Shown here one piece after another: positions 1-10,290 of a DNA stretch of 64,000 bases (position 1 is its first letter; each line of letters begins with the position of its first letter). The stretch is from IMG/VR virus record IMGVR_UViG_3300042897_000994, positions 1-64,000 of that record. One strand, given 5' to 3'. The notes below the pieces were generated by a model. It had not been told where the DNA came from, ran no database searches, and saw nothing but the letters and a program-made list of their open reading frames with translations. The DNA is from a virus. The translations under genes and the position numbers were made by a program.

Positions 1-1
1 T

Positions 2-2799
2 ACTTCAGGTTCGAGCGGTTCTTCGGGAACTAGCGGCAGTTCAGGTTCAAGCGGTACCAGTGGTTCATCAGGTACTTCAGGCTCAAGTGGTTCTTCTGGA
101 ACGAGTGGTTCATCAGGTTCAAGTGGTACCTCAGGAAGTTCAGGTATATCAGGTGTAGATGGTACTGATGGAAGTTCTGGTTCTAGTGGTTCGAGCGGAA
201 CATCTGGTTCAAGTGGTTCTTCAGGAACATCTGGTTCGTCTGGAACAAGTGGTTCATCGGGAACTTCAGGTTCTTCAGGATCATCTGGAACGAGTGGTTC
301 TTCAGGTTCATCAGGAACCTCAGGCTCGTCTGGTACTTCGGGAAGTTCTGGGACATCTGGCTCATCTGGAACGAGTGGTTCTAGTGGAAGCTCGGGGACT
401 TCAGGTTCATCAGGTTCTTCAGGAACTGGAGGAACATCAGGTTCATCGGGTACTAGTGGTTCATCAGGTACTTCAGGAAGTTCTGGAACATCTGGATCGA
501 GTGGCTCGAGTGGAACAAGCGGAAGTTCAGGTTCATCAGGAACTAGTGGAAGTTCAGGATCGAGTGGAAGTTCAGGAACGAGTGGAACTAGTGGAGTTAG
601 TGGAGCATCTGGTACTAGCGGAACATCAGGTTCAAGTGGTACAAGTGGAAGCTCAGGCGCAACAGGAGCACAAGGCGTTCAGGGAGCACAGGGAGCACAA
701 GGCGTTCAAGGTGCACAAGGAAACCAAGGAGCACAGGGAGCACAAGGAAACCAAGGAGCACAGGGAGCACAGGGCGTTCAAGGAGCAACTGGAAACCAAG
801 GCGCACAAGGAGCACAAGGAGCTGCAGGATCAAGTGGATCTTCAGGAACTTCAGGTGCAACAGGAGCACAAGGCGTTCAAGGTGCACAAGGAAACCAAGG
901 AGCACAGGGTGCACAAGGAAACCAAGGAGCACAGGGAGCACAAGGAAACCAAGGAGCACAGGGAGCACAGGGTGTTCAAGGAGCAACTGGAAACCAAGGC
1001 GCACAAGGAGCACAAGGAGCTGCAGGATCAAGTGGATCAAGCGGAACGAGTGGTTCATCTGGTTCTTCAGGTTCATCAGGAACTTCGGGTTCATCTGGAA
1101 CAAGTGGTTCAAGTGGAACGAGTGGTTCAAGTGGTTCTTCTGGAACTAGTGGTTCTTCCGGTATATCGGGTGTAGATGGTACCGACGGAAGCTCTGGATC
1201 GAGTGGAAGTTCAGGAACTTCAGGAGCACAAGGTGCACAAGGTGCACAAGGTGTTCAAGGGGCACAAGGAAACCAAGGAGCGCAGGGAGCGCAAGGAAAC
1301 CAAGGAGCACAAGGAGCACAGGGTGTTCAAGGAGCAACGGGAAACCAAGGAGCACAGGGAGCACAAGGAGCTGCTGGATCAAGTGGTTCAAGCGGAACTT
1401 CAGGTGCAACAGGAAACCAGGGAGCACAAGGAGCACAAGGAGCACAAGGTGTTCAAGGAGCACAAGGAGCACAAGGTGTTCAAGGAGCACAAGGAGCACA
1501 AGGTGTTCAAGGAGCAACAGGAAACCAAGGAGCACAAGGAGCGCAAGGAAACCAAGGAGCACAAGGAGCACAGGGTGTTCAAGGAGCAACAGGAAACCAA
1601 GGAGCACAGGGAGCACAAGGAGCTGCTGGATCAAGTGGTTCAAGCGGAACTTCAGGTGCAACAGGAAACCAGGGAGCACAAGGAGCACAAGGTGTTCAAG
1701 GAGCACAAGGAGCACAAGGTGTTCAAGGAGCACAAGGAGCACAAGGTGTTCAAGGAGCAACAGGAAACCAAGGAGCACAAGGAGCACAAGGAGCTGCTGG
1801 ATCTTCGGGGTCGAGCGGAACTAGTGGTAGTTCCGGAACTAGTGGTAGTTCTGGGGTAAGTGGTATTGCTGGAACTAATGGTACATCTGGTTCTTCAGGA
1901 TCGAGCGGAACTTCAGGTGCAACAGGAAACCAAGGAGCACAAGGAGCACAGGGTGTTCAAGGAGCAACAGGAAACCAAGGGGCACAAGGAGCACAAGGAG
2001 CACAGGGTGTTCAAGGAGCAACAGGAAACCAAGGGGCACAAGGAGCACAAGGAGCGCAGGGTGTTCAAGGAGCAACAGGAAACCAAGGAGCACAAGGAGC
2101 TGCTGGATCTTCAGGATCGAGTGGAACTTCAGGTGCAACAGGAGCACAAGGTGTTCAAGGAGCAACAGGAAACCAAGGAGCACAAGGAGCACAGGGTGTT
2201 CAAGGAGCAACAGGAAACCAAGGAGCACAAGGAGCACAAGGAGCACAGGGTGTTCAAGGAGCAACAGGAAACCAAGGAGCACAAGGAGCACAAGGAGCAC
2301 AGGGTGTTCAAGGAGCAACAGGAAACCAAGGAGCACAAGGAGCTGCTGGATCTTCAGGATCGAGTGGAACTTCAGGTGCAACAGGAAACCAAGGAGCACA
2401 AGGAGCACAAGGTGTTCAAGGAGCAACAGGAAACCAAGGGGCACAAGGAGCACAGGGTGTTCAAGGAGCAACAGGAAACCAAGGAGCACAAGGTGCACAA
2501 GGTGTTCAAGGAGCAACAGGAAACCAAGGAGCACAAGGAGCACAGGGTGTTCAAGGAGCAACAGGAAACCAAGGAGCACAAGGTGCCGGAGGAGCTGCTG
2601 GATCTTCAGGATCGAGTGGAACTTCAGGTGCAACAGGAAACCAAGGAGCACAAGGAAACCAAGGAGCACAAGGAGCACAAGGAAATGCAGGAGCGCAAGG
2701 AGCACAAGGAAATGCAGGAGCACAGGGAGCACAAGGAAATGCAGGAGCACAGGGGGCACAAGGAAATGCAGGAGCACAAGGGGCACAAGGTGCAGCGGT
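2..2799 (+). repeat. 9-bp-unit tandem repeat (GSS/GTS and GAQ/GNQ/GVQ/GAT triplets) with higher-order units of about 243-252 bp
   Basis: ggagcacaa, ggaaaccaa and ggtgttcaa units. The gctgctggatc... block recurs at 1370, 1622, 2099, 2342 and 2594. Confidence 0.95.
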
Positions 2800-3277
2800 A
2801 TCAGTGTCTGGAACCAACAATACAGTAGTTAAATTTACAGGCGCAAGTACAGTAGGAAATAGCCAGATCACGGACGATGGTACTACCGTTACTATGACGG
2901 GAAGACTCGGAGTTGGTTCCGGTGTTAGTGTACCAGCAACCAATGGGGTAATTGTTGCAACAAATGATGTAATAGCTTTTGCTTCCTCCGACTCTAGGTT
3001 AAAAGATAATAAAACTATTCTGACTAACCCTCTAGATAAAGTTTCTAAACTGAATGGGTACGAGTTCGATTGGATCCCGATGCTTGGAATTCACGAAAAT
3101 GAAGGACACGATATTGGTTTAATAGCACAAGAGGTTGAAAAAGTACTGCCAGAAATTGTTAAAACTCGTGATAATGGATATAAAGCTATTAGATACGAGA
3201 AGATCGTTCCTCTACTAATTGAAGCTATTAAAGAGCTAAGCGCGGAGATAGATAAATTAAAAAGTAAAAAATCATAA
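2..3277 (+). CDS. Long tail fibre, 5'-truncated: about 930 residues of G-X-Y repeats plus a C-terminal intramolecular chaperone (peptidase S74-like) domain
   Basis: Frame 2 reads [12 protein letters not shown] from base 2 and joins the track ORF 2804..3277 in frame. The C-terminus SDSRLKDN...LNGYEFDW...[16 protein letters not shown]...[20 protein letters not shown] is the typical S74 chaperone. Confidence 0.88.
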   Translation, partial: TSGSSGSSGTSGSSGSSGTSGSSGTSGSSGSSGTSGSSGSSGTSGSSGISGVDGTDGSSGSSGSSGTSGSSGSSGTSGSSGTSGSSGTSGSSGSSGTSGSSGSSGTSGSSGTSGSSGTSGSSGTSGSSGSSGTSGSSGSSGTGGTSGSSGTSGSSGTSGSSGTSGSSGSSGTSGSSGSSGTSGSSGSSGSSGTSGTSGVSGASGTSGTSGSSGTSGSSGATGAQGVQGAQGAQGVQGAQGNQGAQGAQGNQGAQGAQGVQGATGNQGAQGAQGAAGSSGSSGTSGATGAQGVQGAQGNQGAQGAQGNQGAQGAQGNQGAQGAQGVQGATGNQGAQGAQGAAGSSGSSGTSGSSGSSGSSGTSGSSGTSGSSGTSGSSGSSGTSGSSGISGVDGTDGSSGSSGSSGTSGAQGAQGAQGVQGAQGNQGAQGAQGNQGAQGAQGVQGATGNQGAQGAQGAAGSSGSSGTSGATGNQGAQGAQGAQGVQGAQGAQGVQGAQGAQGVQGATGNQGAQGAQGNQGAQGAQGVQGATGNQGAQGAQGAAGSSGSSGTSGATGNQGAQGAQGVQGAQGAQGVQGAQGAQGVQGATGNQGAQGAQGAAGSSGSSGTSGSSGTSGSSGVSGIAGTNGTSGSSGSSGTSGATGNQGAQGAQGVQGATGNQGAQGAQGAQGVQGATGNQGAQGAQGAQGVQGATGNQGAQGAAGSSGSSGTSGATGAQGVQGATGNQGAQGAQGVQGATGNQGAQGAQGAQGVQGATGNQGAQGAQGAQGVQGATGNQGAQGAAGSSGSSGTSGATGNQGAQGAQGVQGATGNQGAQGAQGVQGATGNQGAQGAQGVQGATGNQGAQGAQGVQGATGNQGAQGAGGAAGSSGSSGTSGATGNQGAQGNQGAQGAQGNAGAQGAQGNAGAQGAQGNAGAQGAQGNAGAQGAQGAAVSVSGTNNTVVKFTGASTVGNSQITDDGTTVTMTGRLGVGSGVSVPATNGVIVATNDVIAFASSDSRLKDNKTILTNPLDKVSKLNGYEFDWIPMLGIHENEGHDIGLIAQEVEKVLPEIVKTRDNGYKAIRYEKIVPLLIEAIKELSAEIDKLKSKKS

Positions 3278-3279
3278 TT

Positions 3280-3990
3280 ATGACAACACCAGCATCTGGA
3301 CAAATTTCAATGGACGACGTTAAAGCCGAGGTTGGTTTCGGTAATCCAGTAAAAATGTCAGATTTATACGGTTTAGCTCTTGTGCAGGGCGCGGGCGGAT
3401 TGATGTATCATAATCTAAATATGTCTCCTGGTAATGCAACAACGGCCAAGGTTGCAATCTATGATCCAAACAATGCAAATCAAAATAGGTCTTTAGATAA
3501 TTGGTACAACTACGATCAAACTCCAAATATAGTATTAAACTTTGATGTAATAAACCAGGTAGGCACAGGAGACATTATTTTTGAGCTTTATATAGTTGAT
3601 CCTGACACTGCACCCCCAACGTTTATTCAATTTAACCCCCCTTACACAGGAAACCTGGCACCTGCTGGTGGTAATGTTAGTGAAACAAATTTTGATACGG
3701 GAGTGCCCGTTGCGAGCATTGTGCAGGGTTACAAAATCGGGGTGGAAGCTGCTTATGCACCTAATCCTCCACCTCCCCCCACCCCGGCGGTTGCTATAAC
3801 AGCAGACGTATTTGGAGCTGCGAGTGATACTGATGGTGTAGGTCCTGGTACGTTTAGAAGAGGATTAGGTCCAACCTTCGACACGGACACTCCGCTGCCA
3901 CAAACAATAATTGTTGACGGAAATACCCCATCCGGGAGAACGGAAATTTTGATTAACAAGAGAACCACTTTTACGTTAACTTTTGTGTAA
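3280..3990 (+). CDS. Putative fibre-tip or adhesin protein
   Basis: Directly follows the fibre gene. The N-terminal TTPASGQISMDDVKAE motif is typical of proteins encoded after S74-bearing fibres. Beta-rich, Pro-rich C-terminal part. Confidence 0.5.
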   Translation: MTTPASGQISMDDVKAEVGFGNPVKMSDLYGLALVQGAGGLMYHNLNMSPGNATTAKVAIYDPNNANQNRSLDNWYNYDQTPNIVLNFDVINQVGTGDIIFELYIVDPDTAPPTFIQFNPPYTGNLAPAGGNVSETNFDTGVPVASIVQGYKIGVEAAYAPNPPPPPTPAVAITADVFGAASDTDGVGPGTFRRGLGPTFDTDTPLPQTIIVDGNTPSGRTEILINKRTTFTLTFV

Positions 3991-4059
3991 TTCTCCGTTT
4001 CTTCCGGTTATGTAAGTTAAAACATTAACGTACTAAAGATCTAGTTTCTTAAAAAGATG

Positions 4060-4085
4060 AAACTATTTCTAAATTTCTTCTAAAA
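4060..4085 (+). promoter_or_regulatory. Putative early/middle promoter AAAC-N17-TAAAA
   Basis: AAAC at 4060-4063 and TAAAA at 4081-4085. The same spacing occurs at five other + strand sites. Confidence 0.55.
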
Positions 4086-4092
4086 GTTAAAT

Positions 4093-4578
4093 ATGTCTAC
4101 AATAAAGAACGATATTTTTTACGAGTGGGTGAAAGGTGATTATACCGGAAACCTAGAAAAAATAACTTCTGAAGAGATTGAAAATGGAATAGAGTGGATT
4201 AATTTCGAGAGCGGCAGAAGAATAAACAAATCTCTTTTTGGAGAATTTTTACTCATAAATGAAAATGGAGTAAGTTCTATAGAACCTATCGGAAATCTGA
4301 CAGTGCCAGTAGTTTCTCCAAAGATTCAAGTTCAAGAAGAAAAATTACAAGAAAGTCCAATTTCAATCTTATTAAAGACACAAAAGAAAAGAAAAACAGA
4401 AAAGATGGTTTTAGAATTCGATCTAGAATTACCTTCGCCTGAAATACTTTTGATTATGTATGAATCTTTTGGTGAAGATCTTTTTTCTGAAATATATAAG
4501 ATGAATCTTTCTAATTTTAAAGATTCTTTACCCTCTAAATTTGATGAAGCTATAAAATCTTACTTAAAAATAAAATGA
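4093..4578 (+). CDS. Hypothetical protein
   Basis: 161-aa ORF with an ATGA-type overlap to the next gene. Confidence 0.75.
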   Translation: MSTIKNDIFYEWVKGDYTGNLEKITSEEIENGIEWINFESGRRINKSLFGEFLLINENGVSSIEPIGNLTVPVVSPKIQVQEEKLQESPISILLKTQKKRKTEKMVLEFDLELPSPEILLIMYESFGEDLFSEIYKMNLSNFKDSLPSKFDEAIKSYLKIK

Positions 4579-4853
4579 GTATAACAAGAAGACAAAAAAG
4601 AGCCTATAAAAAGGCTACCGGAGACCTAAAAAGAAAAAGATCCCAGAGTGTTTCTAACTGGATAGAAGAAGTTAGAAATAATATAAAAGAAGGTCAAAAC
4701 ATGCATCTAGCGTTTGTCGATCATCAGGATAAAATGGTATATGAACAGCTCCAAAAAAAGGAAGAGTCGATCATCGAGTGGCTTCGTGATAAAGGATATA
4801 ATGAAGATCAAATAAAGACTCACCTCGACTCTTGGTATCAATCTCTAGCGTAA
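4575..4853 (+). CDS. Hypothetical protein with a basic N-terminus
   Basis: 92 aa, starts MSITRRQKRAYKK, coupled to the upstream gene. Confidence 0.75.
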   Translation: MSITRRQKRAYKKATGDLKRKRSQSVSNWIEEVRNNIKEGQNMHLAFVDHQDKMVYEQLQKKEESIIEWLRDKGYNEDQIKTHLDSWYQSLA

Positions 4854-4855
4854 GA

Positions 4856-5248
4856 ATGTTATTTAATTGTGTCTATTCTAGGGATGCAGTTAATATAAAT
4901 CTCTTTCTAAGAGAAAGAGAAGGTCTTGTTGTCAGCTATATTGATATTACAAATAAGCTCTCTAAAAGAGACGTTTATAACGAAGAGCCCAGTGATGATA
5001 TAGTAGCCTTTCATGTATTTTCTTCTCTTCGAGAATCTTTATCTCTGGTTCAAGATTCTGAGAATTTGTTTTATGTTCTTAGCTCTACCGAAACTGAGAT
5101 TATGGAAAATTTAAGAGAATTAATTGAAGAAATTTATCAGAAAGAATTTATTTTCAATCTGTACATACACGAAGGAGAAACCCCCGAGAATGATTCTGTC
5201 TTTGATAATATTCTGTATTACAAAAATGAAGAAACACAGAATTTTTAA
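4856..5248 (+). CDS. Hypothetical protein
   Basis: The ATG at 4856, just after the previous stop, is preferred over the track start at 4832. Confidence 0.7.
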   Translation: MLFNCVYSRDAVNINLFLREREGLVVSYIDITNKLSKRDVYNEEPSDDIVAFHVFSSLRESLSLVQDSENLFYVLSSTETEIMENLRELIEEIYQKEFIFNLYIHEGETPENDSVFDNILYYKNEETQNF

Positions 5249-5777
5249 TAAAGGTGATCAGATTCATTGTTTTTTAACTTCATATACGCATCCGAAGATC
5301 TTTCTTCCGGTAAAAGCTATTATTAAAGAAACTCAATGGGATACTGTAAATCCTAAGTATCTTATTAAAGTTTTAAAATTTTACGATTCATATCTTTTTC
5401 TGAGAAATACTCTTTTTGAAATGAATTTTTCTAATTCTTTTGAAAAGAGAGCTCAACCTCTACCTATAAAAAAGGAAGACTATAAAAGAAACAAAGAGTT
5501 GGAAACTCAGATGTCATCTGAAGATCCGCGTTTTTATATAGTAGTAGATTCTATATTGGCGGTAAAGACTTATAATGATCTATCAGATCTTTTTAACAAT
5601 TTACAATTTTTTCTAATATCAAGAGAGCTTTCTGAATTAAAAGAACTAATGACTAGAACCGTTTATCGAGGTTCTTTTAAAATTGATACTGAAAGAGAAT
5701 TTTCTATTAGACTCAAGAATGCGTTTGGAGACAAGTCCAAAGATTTAGATATTGATAAATTTTTAGATTCCCTTTAA
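5226..5777 (+). CDS. Hypothetical protein
   Basis: The ATG at 5226 (MKKHRIFNKG) is preferred over the track start at 5124. Confidence 0.7.
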   Translation: MKKHRIFNKGDQIHCFLTSYTHPKIFLPVKAIIKETQWDTVNPKYLIKVLKFYDSYLFLRNTLFEMNFSNSFEKRAQPLPIKKEDYKRNKELETQMSSEDPRFYIVVDSILAVKTYNDLSDLFNNLQFFLISRELSELKELMTRTVYRGSFKIDTEREFSIRLKNAFGDKSKDLDIDKFLDSL

Positions 5778-6172
5778 GGTTTTTCCTTTTGAACTAATCC
5801 ATCAGGATGTTCAGCCGGTGTATAGATTACATATAACTTTAGATCTTCATCTCCATCATTAATGATGTTATGCTCTGTGCCAGCTGGTATTACTACTGCG
5901 TCATTAGTTTTAAATTCAAACTCTTTTCCGTTTAAAACTGCTTTACCAGAACCTGCTTCAACTCTTAAGAATTGATCTCCTTTTTTATGAACTTCGCTAC
6001 CTATTTCAGTACCTGGTTTGATGCTCATTAAAACAAGTTGGCTATAAGGCCCTGTAAAAAGAACCTTTCTATAGTTTTCGTTTTCAACTGTAGCTGTGTC
6101 TATATTTTCAAGCCAATAATCTTCGCTTGATTTTTTTTCTTCATTTAGAAATTCTTCGAATCTTTTGAGCAT
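5774..6172 (-). CDS. Cupin-domain protein with an N-terminal capsid-targeting-like peptide
   Basis: QLVLMSIKPGTEIGSEVH..DQFLRVEAGSG and VVIPAGTEHNIIN cupin motifs. N-terminus MLKRFEEFLNEE. The only minus-strand gene. Confidence 0.85.
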   Translation of the reverse strand: MLKRFEEFLNEEKKSSEDYWLENIDTATVENENYRKVLFTGPYSQLVLMSIKPGTEIGSEVHKKGDQFLRVEAGSGKAVLNGKEFEFKTNDAVVIPAGTEHNIINDGDEDLKLYVIYTPAEHPDGLVQKEKP

Positions 6173-6181
6173 TTTAACTTC

Positions 6182-6195
6182 TTTTTTTATATATT
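6182..6195 (-). promoter_or_regulatory. Putative late promoter AATATATA plus A-run (cupin gene)
   Basis: Reverse complement reads AATATATAAAAAAA just upstream of the ATG at 6172. Confidence 0.6.
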
Positions 6196-6222
6196 AAGAT
6201 ATTATGATAATCAAGTTAGGGG

Positions 6223-6237
6223 GATATATAAAAAAAA
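6223..6237 (+). promoter_or_regulatory. Putative late promoter GATATATA plus A-run
   Basis: GATATATAAAAAAAA just upstream of the baseplate operon. The motif recurs many times in the window. Confidence 0.65.
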
Positions 6238-6245
6238 TGTCCTAG

Positions 6246-8255
6246 ATGTCGTTAGTTGGAAAGCAAATTAATAGAATTACTGGAAGCGTAGAAGACTTTA
6301 ACGTAAATGCCGACGATATTAATTTGACTCAGGCTGTTAATGCTCTGAATGCAAATTCAAGCCTTAATTCTTCGTACGATAGTCTTTCAGCTCAGGCTGC
6401 TAAATCTTATTATACAAGAGAAAATAGTGATGAGGTAGATAGTTTTACGGTTCCGATTGGAGTTAAAAAACTTCCTCGATCGATTGCAAATACATATGCT
6501 CTTTTTCAATACAGAGGTATGTATGGGGCTTTGAATGAAGGATCGGATACACTGGCCAGTTCGTATTCTGATAACGTGAGTGGAGGTGGGTACAGAAGAT
6601 TAGTAGGTGGTGAACCTGCAGAAAATCCAACAGTTCAACAAATTCTTCAGTTTTTTGGTGATCAATCTGCAGATAAAAGCGGAGCTGGATTTGATGTTTT
6701 ATATGAACCTCAAGATTTTATTTTCTGTAAATACTACAGAAAAATCCCAAATAACTATCTAGTTACGTTGAGAAGATTTGGATCTCCGGCACCTGATAAT
6801 ATTTATAGCACTGCTGTTAGATATCAACCACAAGATTCTAATGGAAATGTGACCACAAATGGTCCTGCTCCCGCCGAAAATTTTCCGGTAGTTAAAACAA
6901 CTAAACCTGATATTGCACGAGCGGTAACTTGGATGGGAGAGACAACAGGAAATAAAATAGAAGAACTACTAAAGTTTACGTATGGATTTAACTATAAAGA
7001 TCAGGAAGGCACATTACAGGCTCACCAGAGACCAAATAACCAGGGTAGTGCTGAACAGTCTCCATTCTGGAATAAAATAGGTGGAGCGGGTAGAGCATTC
7101 TATCAACAAGTTTCAGGTGTAAATGCTGCTACTAAATGGAGAAATATCATAGGATCTGAGACAGGCGCTAATGATATTGACTGGTTAGGAACTACCTATG
7201 AAAACTATGTATTAGGACCTATCAACGTGATCAACAAAAACACAATTAGAGATACCGGTCTTAAATTTGAGCAGGATATCAAGCTCATATTTGAATATGA
7301 AATGAAATCTTTCAATCACATCAATCCTAAAGTTGCTATGCTTGATATGATGGCCAACTTGCTAGTCTTAACATATAATAATGCAAGTTTCTGGGGAGGA
7401 GCACACCGTTTCTACGGTAGCAATGGATATTCAATGCCGCCATTTGGTGATTTTTCAAAATTACAAAGAGGTGATATTGGCGGATTTTTAACCAGTGTAG
7501 TTAGTAATGTAACTACTAGAGTTAGAGATTCATTTATGGCTAAAGGTAAAGATGGTTCATATAGTCTTGATCCTAAAAAACTTGTGAATCAATTTTTAGG
7601 ATTCTTGAATAATGTGGCTGGAGACTTTCTCGGGCAATTTGCAATGGATAATTTCGGAGCTGGCCCAGCGGCAGTTGCGCTACCTGCACTTGTTAGCGGA
7701 GATCCACATGGATGTTGGCATGTAACAATCGGAAATCCTCTTAATCCTATTGCAATGATCGGAAATTTGCATTTAGAATCTTCAGACTTAACGTTCGGTC
7801 CTACTCTGGGTAGAGATGATTTTCCAACTTCGATGAAACTTGAAGTTGATCTTAAACATGCAAAACCTAGAGACAAAACAGATTTTGAAAGTATCTTTAA
7901 CGCAGGTAAAGGTAGACTTTACGCTACTGGATTTAATCAAGATATTTTGAATATTAAAGGGGTTGATTCCAGAGATAAAAGATCAGGCGGAAGCGGTGAT
8001 CCCCCAGGACAAAATCCAGGAGGTGCGGGCGGATCTGCAAATACTACAACAACTGGAAATAGTAGAAGAAAAACTCCTTCCAAGGGAGGAATTTCAGGAT
8101 CAGATCAACCTGCTACTGTTCTTTCAAATGCTCTAAGAAATCCTGCCGGTAGCATCTATCAGATGGGACAAGGATTAAGTGTTCAGAAGCTTAAAAACTA
8201 TGGAACGGATGTCGGAGAAGTTCTTAACCAAATAAGATTTAGAATTGACTCATGA
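6246..8255 (+). CDS. Baseplate or tail-tube-associated structural protein
   Basis: First gene of the baseplate operon, before gp53-, hub- and gp5-like genes. Exact orthology is uncertain. Confidence 0.45.
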   Translation: MSLVGKQINRITGSVEDFNVNADDINLTQAVNALNANSSLNSSYDSLSAQAAKSYYTRENSDEVDSFTVPIGVKKLPRSIANTYALFQYRGMYGALNEGSDTLASSYSDNVSGGGYRRLVGGEPAENPTVQQILQFFGDQSADKSGAGFDVLYEPQDFIFCKYYRKIPNNYLVTLRRFGSPAPDNIYSTAVRYQPQDSNGNVTTNGPAPAENFPVVKTTKPDIARAVTWMGETTGNKIEELLKFTYGFNYKDQEGTLQAHQRPNNQGSAEQSPFWNKIGGAGRAFYQQVSGVNAATKWRNIIGSETGANDIDWLGTTYENYVLGPINVINKNTIRDTGLKFEQDIKLIFEYEMKSFNHINPKVAMLDMMANLLVLTYNNASFWGGAHRFYGSNGYSMPPFGDFSKLQRGDIGGFLTSVVSNVTTRVRDSFMAKGKDGSYSLDPKKLVNQFLGFLNNVAGDFLGQFAMDNFGAGPAAVALPALVSGDPHGCWHVTIGNPLNPIAMIGNLHLESSDLTFGPTLGRDDFPTSMKLEVDLKHAKPRDKTDFESIFNAGKGRLYATGFNQDILNIKGVDSRDKRSGGSGDPPGQNPGGAGGSANTTTTGNSRRKTPSKGGISGSDQPATVLSNALRNPAGSIYQMGQGLSVQKLKNYGTDVGEVLNQIRFRIDS

Positions 8256-8785
8256 ATTTTAAAGTATTTGACTATAAGCCTACACTGATAGACGAAAACG
8301 GCGACGAGTTTTTTGATTTATCGGCTCCTGTATTTGATTATAATTCAGATACAGCAAAGGCACTCGTTTTTGTGAATCAAGAATATAATGGTAGAGCTGA
8401 CTTGATTGCGTTTGATCAATTCGGAGATGAAGGATATTTAGATAGTATTATGAAAGTAAACAATCTCTACAATCCGTTTGCTGTTGAAGAGGGGCAATTT
8501 TTGTTGATTCCTGCGGTAGAATCGGGAAGCCCTTTTTACACAAAACCTGCGCAGGTTCAACTTCCAGCAAATGACACAGCCACAACTCAATATCAGCAGC
8601 CTGATCCGAATAACGAAAAAGATAAAAACAGAGTTGAGAGACTAAAACAGATTGCAGCAAAACAATCCAATGGAGTAACTGTACCTCTACCTCCGAATGC
8701 TCTTCAGCCCGGAGAAGAGATGTTTAAAAAACAACCTAACAGCACTGTTATTGCTGGAGCTAACATGAATATTAGAACTGATTAA
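8252..8785 (+). CDS. Baseplate wedge protein, gp53/LysM-like
   Basis: GRADLIAFDQFGD...IMKVNNLYNPFAVEEGQFLLIP matches the gp53/tail-X LysM-type pattern. Confidence 0.7.
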   Translation: MNFKVFDYKPTLIDENGDEFFDLSAPVFDYNSDTAKALVFVNQEYNGRADLIAFDQFGDEGYLDSIMKVNNLYNPFAVEEGQFLLIPAVESGSPFYTKPAQVQLPANDTATTQYQQPDPNNEKDKNRVERLKQIAAKQSNGVTVPLPPNALQPGEEMFKKQPNSTVIAGANMNIRTD

Positions 8786-10275
8786 TGGCAAGCTCAAAAG
8801 AACTTCGAATTTTACAAATAACCAAACCTGAGATAGTTCTAGATCAGATAAAACATGATGATTTAGAAAACAGTACAAATAATAAGTACAACCTCGGTAA
8901 AATGTGGGGATTTGTGTTTCCTTTGATTAAGATCAACGGAAAAATGTATACTGATTCTGATATCGACTTTTTTCAGCTTAATGTTTCTGGTTTTTTACCA
9001 ACTATAACTCTAACTGTGGTCGATCTTCATAATCAATTTAAGAACAGAAACTTTCCGATGGCTGGGGCTGTAATTTCTGTTTTTATTAGAGGTGCTGGAG
9101 ATGATAAAATATTTAAACCGATAAGAATTGATTTTGATACCGTTTCGATAACTCCATTTGGTGGCGTTCCGGGGAAAGGTACGATGTTCAGAATGACTGG
9201 AAAAATGCGGGTTCCTAATCTTTTTAAAGATACTTGCGGGTATTTTTCTGGAACTTCTTTTGAAACCCTATTAGAAATTAGTAAAAAAATGCAACTAGGT
9301 TTTTCATCTAATGTCACGGGCACGAGTGATTCTATGAATTGGATAAACCCTACAGATACCACAGCAAGATTTGTACAAGATATAACCTCTTCTGCGTATT
9401 TAGATGAAGATAGCTTTTTTGGTTCATATATAGATCCATACTATCTTTTAAATTTTGTAGAGTTAAATAGACTTTATCAAGATACTGCTGATATCGAACA
9501 GAGTTTTAATTTTAGCGCATCAGATGTAAGTTCTTATGTAAAGAATGTAGAAGATTCTCAGGGTGAAGCAAACGTGTTAACAAACCATCCAGAAATGCGC
9601 GGAACTGCTCGATATCTAGACGCTTACAATTCTTACAATAATACATCTAAAATTACAACGGATCATGGTTATTTTAGATTTGAGCAGCACTATGATGTAG
9701 ATAATAAAGAATATGTCAATGAATTCGTAGATCCTTTCGCTACAGATGATCCTAATAAAGTTACTTTAAAAGGCAGGGGAGTAGGTTTTTATGATAAAGG
9801 ATCGCAGGCGGTTCCTGAATTTTCTTTTAAACAGAGAGATTTTAAAACAAAATATCTAGGAAAACAAGGATCAAATATGCATCCTCAGTTTAATTATTCC
9901 ATCATCTTGAATTATCAAAATCAACTCGAAATTCAGAAATATGGACTAGTTGTAACATTAAACGCTGTAAATCCTGCTCTTCATAGATTTCAAAGGATTT
10001 TTGTGATAATTTATGATTTTGGAAGATCACAGACTTCTACTATGGATGAAGAGCTGAATAAAACACAAAATAGAGAACCTAGCGAAGGGGCTCAAAGTAC
10101 AAACTATAAAACAGGAAATAGCGGAGAATTTGGAGAACAAACTCAATCTCTAAACCAGGCACTAAGTGGATTTTATGTAATATCAGAAATTTCTTATAAG
10201 TATGACTCTACTATATCTAGTAATATATCTATGGAGCTTGTTCTTTCGAGAAGAGACTTAATTGCATCTCCATAA
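8785..10275 (+). CDS. Baseplate hub protein (gp27/VgrG-N-like)
   Basis: Position between the gp53-like and gp5-like genes. C-terminal LSGFYVISEISYKY...MELVLSRRD is typical of hub proteins. Confidence 0.55.
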   Translation: MASSKELRILQITKPEIVLDQIKHDDLENSTNNKYNLGKMWGFVFPLIKINGKMYTDSDIDFFQLNVSGFLPTITLTVVDLHNQFKNRNFPMAGAVISVFIRGAGDDKIFKPIRIDFDTVSITPFGGVPGKGTMFRMTGKMRVPNLFKDTCGYFSGTSFETLLEISKKMQLGFSSNVTGTSDSMNWINPTDTTARFVQDITSSAYLDEDSFFGSYIDPYYLLNFVELNRLYQDTADIEQSFNFSASDVSSYVKNVEDSQGEANVLTNHPEMRGTARYLDAYNSYNNTSKITTDHGYFRFEQHYDVDNKEYVNEFVDPFATDDPNKVTLKGRGVGFYDKGSQAVPEFSFKQRDFKTKYLGKQGSNMHPQFNYSIILNYQNQLEIQKYGLVVTLNAVNPALHRFQRIFVIIYDFGRSQTSTMDEELNKTQNREPSEGAQSTNYKTGNSGEFGEQTQSLNQALSGFYVISEISYKYDSTISSNISMELVLSRRDLIASP

Positions 10276-10278
10276 AAA

Positions 10279-10286
10279 GATAAATA
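10279..10286 (+). promoter_or_regulatory. Putative late promoter variant GATAAATA
   Basis: 4 nt upstream of the ATG at 10291. Differs from the T4 late consensus TATAAATA only at the first base. Confidence 0.45.
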
Positions 10287-10290
10287 TATT

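Noticed and set aside
2-2799. Repeat array as a CRISPR or satellite
   Set aside because: No constant repeat with unique spacers; variation is at codon third positions, as expected of coding DNA.
159-2943. Many long track ORFs on both strands (EHKEHK..., LLVLL..., CSLCSL...)
   Set aside because: They are shadow frames of the 9-bp G-X-Y repeat. The real gene is frame 2, continuous with the S74 domain.
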